Shown: in pieces, positions 1 to 15,732 of the stretch | How positions within the stretch are numbered: the stretch's first letter is position 1 | Layout: every line of letters begins with the position of its first letter | NCBI RefSeq assembly: GCF_009914755.1 | Contig: NC_060926.1 | Source: the human T2T-CHM13v2.0 reference genome, Homo sapiens | DNA: 64,000 nt | Direction: 5' to 3' (one strand) | Position numbers and translations under genes: made by a program | Notes under the pieces: model-generated | Told to the model about the DNA's origin: nothing | The model's database searches: none | What the model saw: only the letters and a program-made list of their open reading frames with translations

Positions 1-479
1 GACTGGCTCTCAGAATCCTTTCCAACCTCTCTCCAGTGTGCCGTCCTGTATTACAACTTGCAAGAGCTGTACAGCTAAAATCTACCTTTTCCTGACTATT
101 CTGTGGACAATGATCTGAATGTAAATTACTATCCAAAATGTTCCACTCAAGATTTGGAAGACAGGTATGTGACACTTGTGTCTTGGGTTTGAGAAGCAGA
201 TGGGTGGCAGTGCTGGCCTCCTGAGGCCTGTATTACAAATATGGCGTGTGAACTTGAACTCAGTTGCTCCCATGGCAGTCTCCTGATCCCCCATCTTGCC
301 AGGTGTTTCAAAGACCATAGCTCTCTGAAGCAGGTCAGTTCTGCTGTGTTCTGGGAGTCATTTCTGAAGATTCCACCTGGAACTCACTCCTTCAGACCAT
401 CCAACAATTCTGCAAGCATCCAGTACCTGTGTTAAATCCTGGTCTGCTCTCAATATCTAGAGTGACTTCTGTGTTCAAA

Positions 480-835
480 AATGAAACCCACCTGGTACCA
501 ATGAAATGGGCACTTGGAACCCGACTAGGACCCAAGAGTCAGATCACACAACGTCATTTAAACAGCTGAGAAATGGAGGCTAAGTTTCTGATGGACTCGG
601 AGGTTATAAGGCCAGAGCAGCTAGCAGCCCTCCTGCCTTCACAAGGAGCTTGTCTGAGGTAAATAACCAACCCGAGAAGGGCCACGCTGAGAGGAGAGGA
701 GCCCGTTCTTGACACCTTTTGAGTAGCTGAACAAAACAACGTCTTGTGCCAAACCTACTTCTGGATCTCCAGTTACGTGAGCCAACACATTCCTCCAGTC
801 TAAGACAGTTGGCATCAGACTATTCCATCATTTGA
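480..835 (+). mobile_element. Old MaLR LTR fragment (MLT1-like)
   Basis: 3' part reads TTCTGGATCTCCAGTTACGTGAGCCAACACATTCC...AAGACAGTTGGCATCAG, resembling MLT1 3' ends; highly diverged, boundaries approximate. Confidence 0.4.
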
Positions 836-3794
836 TCAAAACATAATGTATGAGGGACGTGATGCTAACAGGAGCGAAACCACATGGCAGCAGTGATCAC
901 GTGGTTACAGATCACATATTCTCAGCCAGAGGCTAGGGATCTCCTGGGAGCGTTTTATAGGATACACGTGAAGAGGTGTGAGCCTAGGCCTTCTGGATCC
1001 CATGAGGGACACATGCGAGCAACCGGAAAACCTCACAGGTGAAGGGGGTCCCATATGCACCCCTAGGGACGGGGGCTGCTACGGACCAACGCGTCGGGAA
1101 GGGAAGGCCAACAATGGGTATTCCTTGGAAACACTTGAATGTTTGAATCCCAGTTTTAGGCACTAACATTATTTTTTACTTAATTTTGATTTTCTTCTTT
1201 TAGGGTTAAAAAAACCCCTTGCATTAATTCACTCAGTATTATAACCACCAGATGAGAATACTATCGAGTGAAATATTTCAGCCCAGCTTGTGTAAGCTGA
1301 AGCAGCTGGGCCATTTTTAAAAATTGTAATAAATAAGTGAATGCATAATCAATCCCGCGAGTGTCAGCTTTCTGTTCTGTGTGCTCCCAGAGCTGTGCTT
1401 TTTCATCTTTATTCTACACCCCTGAAAAGAAAAGCAACATAGAGAAAAATGTTCACAGACTGTTCCCTGTGACCTTAACCAACAGAAAAAGGCTAAATTG
1501 TTGATGCTTATTCCAGAAGGTATTTCTACCATGGGCTAGGGTGGGTGCAGATTTAGAATAACCCTTCCTTTTCAGGGATAACTGTTTAATCCCAAAAAGC
1601 TACCTGGGAAGAGAAGGCCGATGTTTTGATTTTGGGGGTCTGCTATCTGTAGAACCTAACAGTGTTGGGAACAGCCCTATGGAGTAGAGTGAACAGCCTC
1701 AGAAGAAATGTGGATCAGGCATTTTTGAAGTGCCTGGCCAGGGCTTGGATGGCCAAAGATGAACCAGGCATGCTCCGTTGGTTCAAGAAATTTACAGTCT
1801 ACAGAGGAGGAGGCTTGGTGGACAAGCATAATTATTTGACAAACGATTTTTATCTTTGGAACCAAACAAAAATTATTCAAAGGCAAAGCTGAAGAATAAA
1901 TTGGGCGATCAAACCAGCTGACTCCAAAGTATGACTCACGGAATGGCTCTGAAGTCAGTTTTCAAAGATAATTTCTGAAAGTATCATGAGCATTGTTGGA
2001 ATGCATGGGTAACCTCCTGAGATACTGTTTTGAAGGGGCAAATTCATTCAATATGTACGTTTCAGTTTGTTTTTTGTTTTTTGTTTGTTTTTGTTTTTAG
2101 AACCATCCATGGGCAAAAGGGATCACATGATGAAATGCTTGGTTGATGGAATTTTCCTCTAAGCTGAATTTCCCTAAGCCTTCCCCAGATGTGGATGTTT
2201 GTTAGGCCACATAACTATTAACATTAAATTATATTGGGTCATTGTCTCTGACCCCTTCCCCCCCACCCCCCACTAGTATTGCTGGGGTCTCCCCTGTGTA
2301 AAAAACCAGCTTCCCTCTCAGGATCTTCTGCCTGGACCCCTCACTGATCGCTGCCCATGAAGCCACTCATGAGCATTTTGGCCAGAATCTCTGGGAGCGT
2401 GGCCATCTTCTTGAGCTCCTACTTACCTGCAAATGTGGGAGAAAGACCTTCACCCCAACGCTGTGTTGAATTCCAACCTCTGGACCGGGTCTCCAAAGTC
2501 CCTGTGGCAGGGAGCTCATTGACCTTCTGTCTGTAGCTTCTTTTTAATCCCACCTCTTACCCACAGCAGGGGGACAAACACCATCATGTCCACCTCCTTC
2601 CCTCCTCCTCATTAGGCTCTGAATGGAAGTCTGCATGGGCTCCTCTCTTCATGAAAACAGATCCCTGAGCACCTGGCTACCAGCTCATGGCAGCTCCATG
2701 CTGGGAAACTGTCAGATTCAGCCATGACCTCAGGAACTTAGAAAGTAAGATCAGGGTAGGGCCTTACGAAGTTAGTGTCCCTCCTGGCACTTCCTTTGGT
2801 TTCTGATGGAGCTGACATCAGGCCAAAGCTTACATCTGATGAACAAAATGGGAAATAGGCAGGAGTCTGTTCTCTGTGCACAGGGCAAGTCACAGTGCAA
2901 CCAAGACACAAGTCACAGACTCTGGGGGGCAGGGATGTTCCACACTCAGCAGGGCTGATGGAAATGAAGATACCACAGATACTGTTTACCAGGGGCTTCT
3001 TTAGGGAGTTAGATTATAGAGGATGTTCACATTCAGCTTTTTTAAACCTGTAATGTTTTAGTTCTTTCACAGAAAGATATTTCCTCTAAAAAAAAAAAAA
3101 GCCTCTACCTCATAGGGTTATGGGGAGAGAATTAAACAAGGTTTCAGATGTGAGAGGCCAAGTTCTCCCTCCTTTTCCTCAACACCCAGTCCCCTTCTCC
3201 CAGCAACTTCCTAGAACTGTATATTCTATTTGAATATTTGAGGAAAAGAATATATTTATATTAAAACAAGCATGAATAGATTATGGAGTAAGATGCACAA
3301 TTCACATGAATTTTTAAGATAGAACAAGGGACTTAAAAGAAATTTCCTATCTATGGCTCAGGGGCAGGCATTTGCTCTTCTTAGGGACACTTCAGCAGAA
3401 AAGTTCGAGAAGTTCTGATGCAGGCTCTGGGGAGCACAGGGCTGACGGTGTCCCAGAAGCCACTATGAGGGCAGCATGGCAGCGCAGAAGGCACCGGTCA
3501 GGCCCCTTGGGCTCAGCCCCCAAGACATAGCTGTGCACGTCACCTCTTGAATCCGTCCAGGCAGCTTTCGAGCTCAGAAATCCACAGACGATTCTCTCCA
3601 GGTACACACAACCAGCTCCATATTATTACACCAAAGAACAGTCGGCCTTGAAGAGGAAGAGCTCAAAGTCACATGGCTACGTCCAAACCTAGGCTGCTGA
3701 ACTCCGCCACACTGCACCAGCTGACACTGTCCCACGCTTACCACCTGCTCCCCCACCCATCTCCGATATGGCAGGGCCCCCAGAGCCCCTGTAA

Positions 3795-4212
<418 letters not shown>

Positions 4213-5029
4213 GACTGCATTTCCTGGCAGAACACTCTCAGCTCTTCCACACGGAACTGCAGGATAAAGCAACTCTGATTTTTCCAGAGAGGCACATGGA
4301 AATGAGCTTCAGGTGTCTGTGGTTGACTCTGAAGAAAGGGAGTGGAAATGAAGCTCCCCTTACCCTGAGAAGGAGGCCGACAGCCGTCCATGGAGGAGAA
4401 GCTGCCTTCCCCCACGGCCACATCTCCCTTCAGGAAGGTGAGCTACTCCAAGTGCCCATGTCCTTCCAAGGGAAGAAACCAGTGGCTCCCACGCATGGGC
4501 CCTCATGGGAACCTCACCCCACCCCCGGCATCCCAGCTGTGGTTTCTCCCACCAGACCTCTTTCTGCAGCCCAGGAGAGACACTGACTTGGGAACCTCCA
4601 AGGCTTCCACATACTACTGAGGAGGCAGGAAGGGGACAAGGACGCCCTCTCCCCTGGCGTGCAGTGCAGGGGGAACAGGAAATGGCTCCGGCCTTTCTTC
4701 CTCTCAGCCTACGCTTTCTGTTTCAAGTCTGTAGTCTGTATCTTTGAGTGACACCAACATTTTAGAACAAAGAGTAAGAAAAAAGTCTGCTTGTGTGGAG
4801 AATGTCCAGAATTCTAACCGAGACATTTTCTCTCTGGAAGGCAACAGCCTTGCTTCCAGGTTCCAAACCGGACTCTGTCTACATCCATTTCTTTCCATAT
4901 TCTGTCCCCGCCAGCAGGAACTTTGTAGGTGTGAAGCTCCGTAGATGCTTAATTAAGAGGCCAAAGAGAGTCTCGAGGGGGTAGTTGGGGCCACACCTGA
5001 TAGGCAGCCAGCCGATATTTATTTCCTAA

Positions 5030-5750
5030 TCATTGATTGTGTGCCAGGCACTGTGACAGCTGCTTGGGATGGAGTGTGGAGCACCGTGAACAAAATCTCT
5101 ACCCTTTTAATTGAATGAGGAAGAAAGTTTCCATTACATTGAATATTTGAAGGAGACAGGCAAGATACAGTGGGTGCATGTAAAGAGGATGGGACTTAGC
5201 TGGAAGTGGGAGACAGAGGAAGAAAACTTCTCCTCCAAGAGGTGATATGTAAGATAGAACATAAAGGAGTTGGGACTGTGGAATGAAGGGGCAAGTGGAG
5301 AGCTAACAGCTCCAAACCGAGGCATCAGCCTAGGTGGAAAGCCTGAGGTGGGAGAATGGGGTGTGTGGCTTGGAGTCAAATGTCCCAGGCATCTAATGGT
5401 GATGGGAGGAATGTGGGCATCGGCGTGGAGAACACTGTGGGCAGTGGGAAGTAACTGGCAGCTTCCAGGAAAGGAAAAGACATTATGAGATTTGCATTTT
5501 TGAAGGATCGTTCTGGCTTTTGTGGAAAGAACTGAGTAGGCAAGCAGCAGCAATCAATTCAGAGACCATTAGGAAATATTTCAATTGTCCGGATGAGAGA
5601 TACTGATGATTTGCACCTGGGTGGTGGCAGCGATGGTGGGAAGGACAGGACAATTCATCAGAGACTGAGGAGCTAATATAGTGAAAAGTTGGGGCTTGGC
5701 TGCCTGCAGTGGGCATGAGAGAGAGGAGAGTCCAGGACAACCCCTGCTCT
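5030..5750. mobile_element. L2 LINE remnants
   Basis: Motifs typical of decayed L2: TGTGCCAGGCACTGTG, GATTTGCATTTTTGAAGGATCGTTCTGGCT, GAGAGATACTGATG. Confidence 0.45.
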
Positions 5751-6486
5751 CAGGTTTCCCCAGGTTATAAATTGCATCCTGAAATGCTCAACACCAGCTC
5801 TTACTGGAAACCAAAGGAGAGCTCTCTGCTTTATGAATGACCCCTAAATTTCAGCCTTGCTGCGGCTCAGTTCAATGATACCATCCGCTGGATTTCAAGT
5901 CCACTTAAGCATGAGACTTGGAGGAGGCGGAAGACCAGCAACTCCATCTCTAATATGGGGGACAAGCCAGAGCCCTTTGCAGGCTGCACGCCCTCCCCTG
6001 CCACGGGAACTCCTGGTCCGACAGCCAAGCCTTAGTATAGCCTCCTACTCCTGCTAATGCCCTTTCTCAGCATCTCATGATAATAAAAATAGATTTGCAT
6101 CATTTCTGTTATGAATATTCTGTCAGGGAAAGGGTGCCATAGGTATTTGTTATTGAACTAAACTGGGGTTCATTTACCCGCTGCAGCAAAGCCAAACACT
6201 GGTATCAGGATTGCAGCAAGAGAAAGTGAGGCATTTATTGCAGGGCGCCAAACAAGGAGAATTGGGCAGCTAACTCCCTGAACTCCCTGATGGCTTACAG
6301 GTAAGGGTTTTTAAAAGCGAAGAGGCAGAGGTTACAGGCAAAGTCATAAATCAGTGCATGGAGGTTATACACTGATTTGACCTAAAAAGGCTTGACATCT
6401 CAAAGAGGGTCAGAGGTGGATTCAAAGATTTTCTGATCTGCAAGTGGTTCAGGAGGCAAAGCTTTGTCTAAAAATTTGAGCTCAGC

Positions 6487-6717
6487 AGCCTGGGCAACAA
6501 AGCAAGACCCTGTCTACACACACACACACACACACATACATATATAAATTGGTGCAACGGCTCACACTCATAATCACAGCTCTCAGGAGGTTGAGGCAGG
6601 AGGATTGCTTGAACTCAGGAATTGGAGGCTGCAGTGAGCTATGATCACCACTGCCCTCCAGCCTGGACGATAGAGTGAGACTCTATCTAAGATAAAAAAA
6701 TAAAATAATAAAATAAA
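6487..6717 (+). mobile_element. 5'-truncated AluJ with (CA)n in the middle linker
   Basis: GCCTGGGCAACAAAGCAAGACCCTGTCT...GAGGCTGCAGTGAGCTATGATC with an A-rich tail; CA repeat ~6517-6540. Confidence 0.85.
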
Positions 6718-6852
6718 CTTGGGATCAGTAGGAAAGAGTGTTAGTTCTGGCCTAGGGTTGTGACCTCCTCCAGGGCCCTGAGGAAGAAATTGACAGTAGT
6801 CAGAGTTCAGTCCTCAGTTCCCCCTTATCTGAGGTCTTTGTGCCAGTGGATG

Positions 6853-6913
6853 CAAAGTCTGCAGGAGACTGGGTGTCTAAACAAAGTCTGCAGGAGACTG
6901 GGTGTCTAAACAA
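6853..6913. repeat. Perfect 29-bp tandem duplication
   Basis: CAAAGTCTGCAGGAGACTGGGTGTCTAAA at 6853-6881 and 6882-6910. Confidence 0.95.
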
Positions 6914-7549
6914 CCACTCGGGGGCACGTGTTAAGATGCGTTCTTTAATTTCTAGAGGGAACCAAACATCCCATGATTCTAGCTCCTTGGCTGTTCTTTT
7001 AACCTACTATTTACCTTCTTGCTTATCAAGTTGCTTACTTACTTCTCAGGGCCAGCTAGGTGCCTAGAATTCCCCTTGAGGAAACCCAGGAGTTTCCTTT
7101 GTTTCCATGTTTTTTGGCGATGGCGAGGTGCCTGCTAGGCCTCTAAGAGGGTTCCCTCCTTTGTCTCATTCTCACAGCAATCCACAGCAGCAAAGGCCGG
7201 GCACAAGTTTCCTATCAGCCCCTTGGAAGGTGACACTTAATCTTGTGTCCGGAACTTCAAGTTAATGTCATTCAAAGCAGGATGGTGTGACATTAGGAAA
7301 AACTGTCTGGGTCGAAATGGTGCCAGGGTATGCCAATGTTTCCACCTTCTGAGAGACCCCTCGTACCACTGCCTGCCTCCTGCATTCCAAACAACACGGG
7401 TGACTGCAGGATCCGGGGTCCCCTCCCTTTTCTCTCAAAATAAGGAAACGGAGATCCAAAAAGGTTTAATAGCTCATTCCACCAGTTAGGGAGAATGCTC
7501 ACTCAGCCTTGGGTTTGTTAGAAGAGTCTTGGTTACTTACAAAGATTTA

Positions 7550-7941
<392 letters not shown>

Positions 7942-8584
7942 TCAACACTGCTGCCGAGGACTTGGGCTTCTCCCAGCTTTCTGCTCTGCTGCTTAGCACA
8001 TTGGCTTCATCCTGAAGCTGGTTTTCTTCCAGGTTGCAGCATGGTTGCTGGTGGTACCTGAGGCCACCTCCTTTCTCCCTCCTGTCTAGCTGAGTAGGAG
8101 AGTAGGGAGAACAGTTCTCAGAGACCCACCAAACCTCTCCTTCTATGCCGCGTCCTTCTAGAACTAATCATCGGCAGGAAGGTTGGGCTCACTCTGATGG
8201 GCTGAGACTAATCAGGGCTGGAGGTGGGAATGGGTCACCTTCCCTTGAGACACAGGGCTGTGTGTGAGGAGATGACACCTGCATGAAATCAAGCGGTTAT
8301 TTTAGGAAACAGCAAAGGAGCAAGAGATTCTGGGTGACCATCCCAGGGCCCAGTACAAGCTCTGACTGTGATGGACACTACAGGGCTACAGAAAAATATT
8401 GTTTTATTTACTTTTTAAACACTTTATCATGGAAATTTTCAAACATATAAAAAGTGGACAAAATAGCATAACAGATCATCCTGTACACATAATCCAGTCT
8501 CAATAATTATCAACTCAGAGCCTATTTTTTAAATCAATTTTCCTGCCCACGTTCCTCTCCAATGTATTAAAATCTCAGATATCA

Positions 8585-8880
8585 GCCAGGCACAGTGGCT
8601 CACGCCTATAATCCCAGAACTTCGGGAGGCCAAGGCAGGCAGATTTCTTGAGCCCAGGAGTTCAAGCCCAGCCTGGGCAACATGGCAAAACCCCATGTCT
8701 ACAAACAAACAAAAATTGGCTGGGCATGGTGACACACACCTGTAGTCCCAGCTACTTTGGAGGCTGAGGTGAGAGGTTTGCTGCTTGACTCTAGGAGGTC
8801 CAGGCTATAGTGAGCCAAGATCGTACCACTGCACTCCAGCCTGGGTGTCAGAGTAAGACTCTGTCTCAAAACAAAACAAA
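8585..8880 (+). mobile_element. AluJ
   Basis: Full Alu with J-type TTGAGCCCAGGAG; inserted in an old L1M-like segment. Confidence 0.9.
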
Positions 8881-8898
8881 CATCCCAGACATCATATC

Positions 8899-8975
8899 AT
8901 TTCAGCATGTAACTTTATTTCATGCATGTAACTTTAAAAGACAAATTATTTCAGCATGTAACTTTAAAAGACAAA
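8899..8975. repeat. Three-copy imperfect tandem repeat
   Basis: ATTTCA(T)GCATGTAACTTT starts at 8899, 8917 and 8948; the last two copies continue AAAAGACAAA. Confidence 0.85.
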
Positions 8976-11211
8976 GACTCTTTTTAAGACAAAATCATAG
9001 CTCACCTAAAAAGTGATTAATCAAAACTAATTAAAAGTAATTTCTTAACATCTTCAAATTATGTAGTCAGTGTTCAAATTTCCAACTTTCTTATATGTGA
9101 CAAAATTTCTTTCTGCAATGCATTCAAGGGTAAGTTCTTAGAGATCAGTCTTGTCCTTATCTTTCAAAATAAGGAAATAGAGATCCAAAAAGGTTTGATA
9201 GCTTACCCCAAGGCCATTAGATTTATTTTAATTGATCATTTTATCCTGCCTTTTTTCTTGATGTATTTGAGGCAGATCATCACGCAGTGGAAGACCCAAA
9301 AATTCATTCATTCATTTAGCAAATGTGGTTTGAGCATCAGCTCTGTGCTTAATTCGGCCAGTGTGGTCACAGCACTGGGATCTGTAATCAGAAGACGTAA
9401 GCTTCTACTCACAGGGCTTCTGCCTATGACATTAGGCAAGTCTCCCCTGTCCATCTGTCTTGGTGCCTGAAATCCCCATGAGAGTCACTCTTTTGAGTTA
9501 GGGAGTTGTGGGAGGCCCCCCTTATGAATGTACACACATATTACTTTACTGGATAGTTGTTCTTTCGGGATGCCGACATTGAACACTCGTCCTATTTTGG
9601 AGAAATCCTAGAATAGGTGGTGGGGATGGGGCAGTGGGGGAGAAAGGGCTCCTCCCTCACTACAGAAACAAATGGATGCATGGTCTTTTCCCATTCCAGG
9701 CAGCTAGAGAGGGACGCTGGGTCTGGGGCTTGCAATCAAGTGCCGCAGCCCGAATCATCAAGCTTGAAGGAGTGACACAAAGGCCTGGGGCCACTGAAGA
9801 TGACCCACGGGTGCCTCTGCCAAGGCCAGTCCAGGGCAGTTGTGTTGAGTGTCCAGAGCCACCAGGGTGGCACCAAGATGATGGTCCCCCAGGAGCCACC
9901 TCTGCTCAGCCTGGCCTTGTCTGCTTCCACAGCAACGTGGTTCCTTCCCATCCGTCCATGCTGTGAGCTGCCTGTCCTTCCAGTAAGTGACATTTCTGCT
10001 TAAATTGCCTAGTCACTTCCTGCAGTTGGCAACCAACATCTCTGACTAAAGGAGTCCTTTGAGAACAACAATCTAGTAACATGATAGGTGTTTTCCAACA
10101 TTGTTCTGATTGGCTTATCAAGTTCAATAGTTGTCATCTATTAAGAAATAAAATAGAACCCAAGGCAAGGCACTTGACACTGCTGGGGACATGAGAGGTT
10201 CAGAGCTGTGGAGACCCATGGCCAGGACCTGGAAGTCTAGTGTGCTACCCTAGAATGCTGGGGGACCAGGCGTGTGGGGGAACCTTCACCTCCTTTCCAA
10301 ATTTGCTGAGGGATGACCCTGAAGAACGGGCCAGTGTGGAACAAGGATTTATGCCAGTGCCCAGCACTGTGCCTGGAAGGAGGAGACACATGGTTCCCTA
10401 GAGCCCCAGACAGAGCAACCTGCTCTACCCACTCCAACCCATTCATTCTCTGCTGGACCCACAGCAGAGTCCCCTGGGGACAGAGATCGGTAGGATGATC
10501 TTGGGGATTATACTATAGATGGCTGCCGGGAATGGTGTTTCCTTCTGGATCCGAGGGAGCTTGGAGCTGTACCTGCTTTCCTTAGGGTGTATGAGTGGGC
10601 AGTATCTAGCCAGGGCCTGGGCTCAGCTCCCACAGGAAGCAGCTCCACACCCCCCAGGCAGTTCTACCAGTCCCCTTGCTGGGGTGTCTGTTAGCCTGGA
10701 CTTGGGACCACAGCTCAGGGATATGGCTCCAAATGCCATAACCCTGGCTTCTCCCATGTGCTCATCCACTTCTAAGCCACATGAAGCAAGACCATCAGCT
10801 GGCTGAGCAGAACACCCACTGCCCTTCCAGCCTCAGGCAGGAAGTTGCTTAATGAACTCCTAAATAGTTACCCACAATAACCAGATTTCCTACACAGAGT
10901 CTGTGGTTTCCTGCCCTCCAGAAGGTGCTCCCAGCCCTCCTCCCCCATGTTCCTCACTGCCCATGAGTCTTCCTGGGCTCAGGTGCACCCCTCCTTCCCT
11001 CAACCTCCCATCTCCTCATTCTTGCGCTACTTCCTCACTCTTTGCTCTTATTTTCTTCCTAACCTGTGCCCTTATTGTTTGTCTGTTTTCTGAAAATATT
11101 TCCACTCTCAAGGGATTTTGTGGCTATCCCTGGATCTCCTTGCTGTTGCACTAATAGCTCAGAGGGCATACCCATCTTTAGCCCTAACCCCAATTTCTCC
11201 CAGATCCAGTG

Positions 11212-11395
11212 ATGTTATAGTTGAATGACATCCCCTTAAAAAGATATGTTGACATCCTAATCCCTGGTACCTCAAAGTGTGGTGTTATTTGTAAACTTGC
11301 AGACATAGTTAAGAAGTTGTACTGGAGTACGGTGGGCCCCTGATCCAATGCAACTAGTGTCCTTCTAAGAAGACAGCCATGTGAGGACACAGGCA
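11212..11395 (+). mobile_element. MLT1B/C LTR 5' fragment
   Basis: GATATGTTGACATCCTAATCCCTGGTACCTCA...GGTGGGCCCCTGATCCAATG matches the MLT1 5' half. Confidence 0.7.
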
Positions 11396-12095
11396 GCTGA
11401 ATAAATGAATGACTGCCTACATGGAGGAGCTAAAACTCCTCCATGCTGGCAGGGGCAAGAGAGGGAGTGGCAGGACTGGAAACAGTGAATACAGTGGCCA
11501 AGTGACAGAGAATGAAAAAAAGCTAATTTTTCATTTGTCTAATGAATCCAAGTGAGAGCTATAGTGAACGCAAGGCCTCCCTGGGTTCTTTTCCATCTTG
11601 TGATCGCCATTTCTCTGCTGCTAGAGGACATCAAATCCTTCGCTCTCAACTTGGCACAACCAGGTGAGCCCACCCAGGTGGTTGCCATCCAGCACTCCGG
11701 CCTGGCGTCTCCAAGGTCGACCCTAGCCAGCACAACCAATGCATCTGATGGTTCCAGACCCGAACAAGGAGGCTGAACATGAGCCTTGGGAGGCGGAGGT
11801 GGGGCGGGGCGTGGGGTTCATGTGCTGCATGTTTGGAGGCTGAAGTGCTCTCCCTCACACTCTGGGCCTGAGTGCTGCACTCACAGTGAAGCTTTACCAT
11901 TTATGAGGCTCCTGCTACTGCAAGGTATGGCCAAGACTCATCCGTAGACACACATTAGCAACTCTAAGGCAGAAATCAGTGCCATGGAACTGGGCAGTGG
12001 GCCACTGGAATTCAGAGAAAGAAGACGTCAGTACTGTGGAGGGCATGGTGGGTAGATGTCAAGAGACCCAGAAGTAGCCCTTGAAGGGAGAGTGG

Positions 12096-12170
12096 CCCTA
12101 GAATCCCCCTCTCTAGAATCCCCCTCCCTAGAAGCCACCTCCCTAGAAGCTCCCTCCCTAGAAGCCCCCT
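12096..12170. repeat. 15-bp minisatellite, 5 copies
   Basis: Units CCCTAGAATCCCCCT, CTCTAGAATCCCCCT, CCCTAGAAGCCACCT, CCCTAGAAGCTCCCT, CCCTAGAAGCCCCCT. Confidence 0.95.
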
Positions 12171-13724
12171 TTCTTCAAGGGCAGCTTCTTGAGTGGCAGG
12201 CATTTCATGGGAGGACAGCAAAGACATGGGTGTGGGGATAAGTTTAGAAGACAGTCAGCCCCTGGCTGTACATGAGCAAACAAATAGCTCCAGGACAGAC
12301 AATGCCAAGGTGGATGGTATCTGGACCTTCCCACCCAGGAACAAATGTGTCCTTGATGCCAAGAGATGCAGAAGGGCTGCTTTCTGAGTTAAAGAGGGAA
12401 GCATTGGCCTTTTTTCTATTTGGATGAATAACATCCTGATCGTTTTGGTAACTTCAAATAAAATATAAAGGCAGAAATAATATAGCATCAGCCAAGTTAT
12501 TATTAAAAAATAACAGAATGCAGTCATTGGCAGTGTTGGACCAGAAATACAATCCCCCTGAGGAGCTGACATTATCCATGGGCTGGTAGAGGGGCCTCTC
12601 ACTTGCTCTCTGGCTGGTGTGTCTTTGCTTCTCCACTGGCATCTGCAGGCTGGGGGGCTATTCAGGTGGCTGACCCATAGGGACCCTACTGAGTGCTTGC
12701 CTATTGGGAAATGCGCAGTGAACATTTAATGAAGGGAGTGGGATGGGGGAAGAGAAGAGACACCGTGTGAATTATCTTCTGACAGTGTTAATATGGAATC
12801 AATTTCTAAGAAGAGATGAGCATTTACCACCAAGTTTAACATGATGGAATATGTGGATACAAGCTTTCAAGACTTTTAAACCAACGGTGTTCATGGTAGG
12901 CAATTGCTTTTCTTTATAATGAGAATTGTAGGCAAATGATAACATGCTGTAGAAGTTATTAGTTGATGTTTTAAAAGTTACCCCATGGCAGAAAATTAGA
13001 GAAAATGCGTTGCTGGCTTAAGCTTCTTCTCCTGAAGATCATCAGGATCTTGTCCAACGAAGTGCCTTCATTATGTCACATTTAACTCATCCATCTTCAT
13101 TTTCAACTCAACTGGTTCAGCTGCTGTGTATCTCTGGGTCCCTTCAGCCTTCTCCCAGGACAAGCACCATTTAGATGCTCACTTGATCATTAGATGTTTA
13201 ATGGCTGGGACGTTTGCCACTTCTTGGCAGTCTCAGGGCCCTCGTGTGTTAGGAAGTGGGCCAAATGCATCTAAATGGGGAGTGAGGTGAGATAGAGGGG
13301 CTTTTGTGCTAACTTCTGTCTGAAAGATGTGCGTAGACTGCTTAGTGTGGAATCTGTCACAGAGCAGCAATGGGAATGATTTTGGCCCATCTGTCCCCGT
13401 CAGTCCATCAGTGATCTTTTGCCCCAGGCAAGGAAGTCATGGGAGATAGGGCTCTTTGCCACCTTCAGGGCCCAATTCCCGCCAGCCTCTCAGTGTGAGC
13501 ACTCCACATACTAATATGATTCTTGGGCTTAACAACAATACATTTTTTATACAATATGGCTCTTAGATGCAAGCCAACTACACATCCGGTGCTTGACCAA
13601 AGCGGTGATCTATCCTCACTCAGCCAGAAGAAAAAAGTGGACTCTGTGTCGGACATTTTGACAGATGGTGCCTTGGTCTCCAATGTGGCACACAAATACC
13701 AACCCTGTGGGCTGAATTCAGGTG

Positions 13725-13992
<268 letters not shown>

Positions 13993-14527
13993 AGAAATTT
14001 GGACCTCATGCAATTTTCATCTTAGGAGCAACCCCTAGTTCAGACATGATGGCCCTGAGGGCGACACTCTAATTAGTCCTAGGTTACTCAGGCTACCATC
14101 ACTGAGTCAGCCCCTCACAGCCCTGTGCCCCCATGCTAGTGAACTGCAATTCTCCAAACGCACCTCTATTCTGCATTCCATCTGAAGTAACTGCAGGCCC
14201 GGGGAGGAGGGCATGACATGAGGAAGGGGTGATGGAGCAGACTTTACTGGGAAAAAGGCACTAAGTCTTGCCTTGCTCATCCTTGAGCCCTGGAAGAAGG
14301 CAGGCCTGGGTTTGCCTCTTTCCACTTGGAACAGGCTTAAAAATTCCAGCTGAGTGAGTCTTGGAGCGCAGGCCAGAGGCCTGAGGTAGGGACACTGACA
14401 GGGCTACCCTGCCTCAGCTGGAGGGGACCCCGGGGACTGTCCCTTATCTTTCCTCTGTGATGGGTCTCAGTTAAAGCCAGCAGTGGTAGGCAAATGAGTG
14501 CTAAGCCCAGCTTTCACCTTCTCATAG

Positions 14528-15478
<951 letters not shown>

Positions 15479-15539
15479 ACCCCAGGATCTCATGCTCCCT
15501 GCCCCCGTATCCCACATGTGCAAGCTCCTCCCAGCCCCT

Positions 15540-15732
15540 CAGCTGCAAACATAAAGGATGTAGTCACTAGCCACAGATGGCAATTAACATTTAAATTAAG
15601 TTAAAAATTTAATTCCTTAATTGTACTAGCCACATTTCAAGTGCTAAGTAGGCATGTGAGGCTAGTGTCTGCTGTATTGGACAGGTCAGATGCACAATAG
15701 TTCCATTGTCACAGAAAGTTCTCTTGGACAGC
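15540..15732. mobile_element. MER3/MER33-like hAT MITE
   Basis: ACTAGCCACATTTCAAGTGCT...CATGTGAGGCTAGTGTCTGCTGTATTGGACAG. Confidence 0.7.

Larger units (their letters stand above)
6148..7168 (-). mobile_element. ERV1-class solo LTR (MER4-group-like) interrupted by an AluJ
   Basis: TG...CA termini; TTTATT at ~6234 is a minus-strand polyA signal at the expected LTR position; family not assigned. Confidence 0.55.

Noticed and set aside
12012-12241. Repetitive peptides LESPSLE... and LLGRxLLGR...
   Set aside because: They are by-products of the 15-bp minisatellite.
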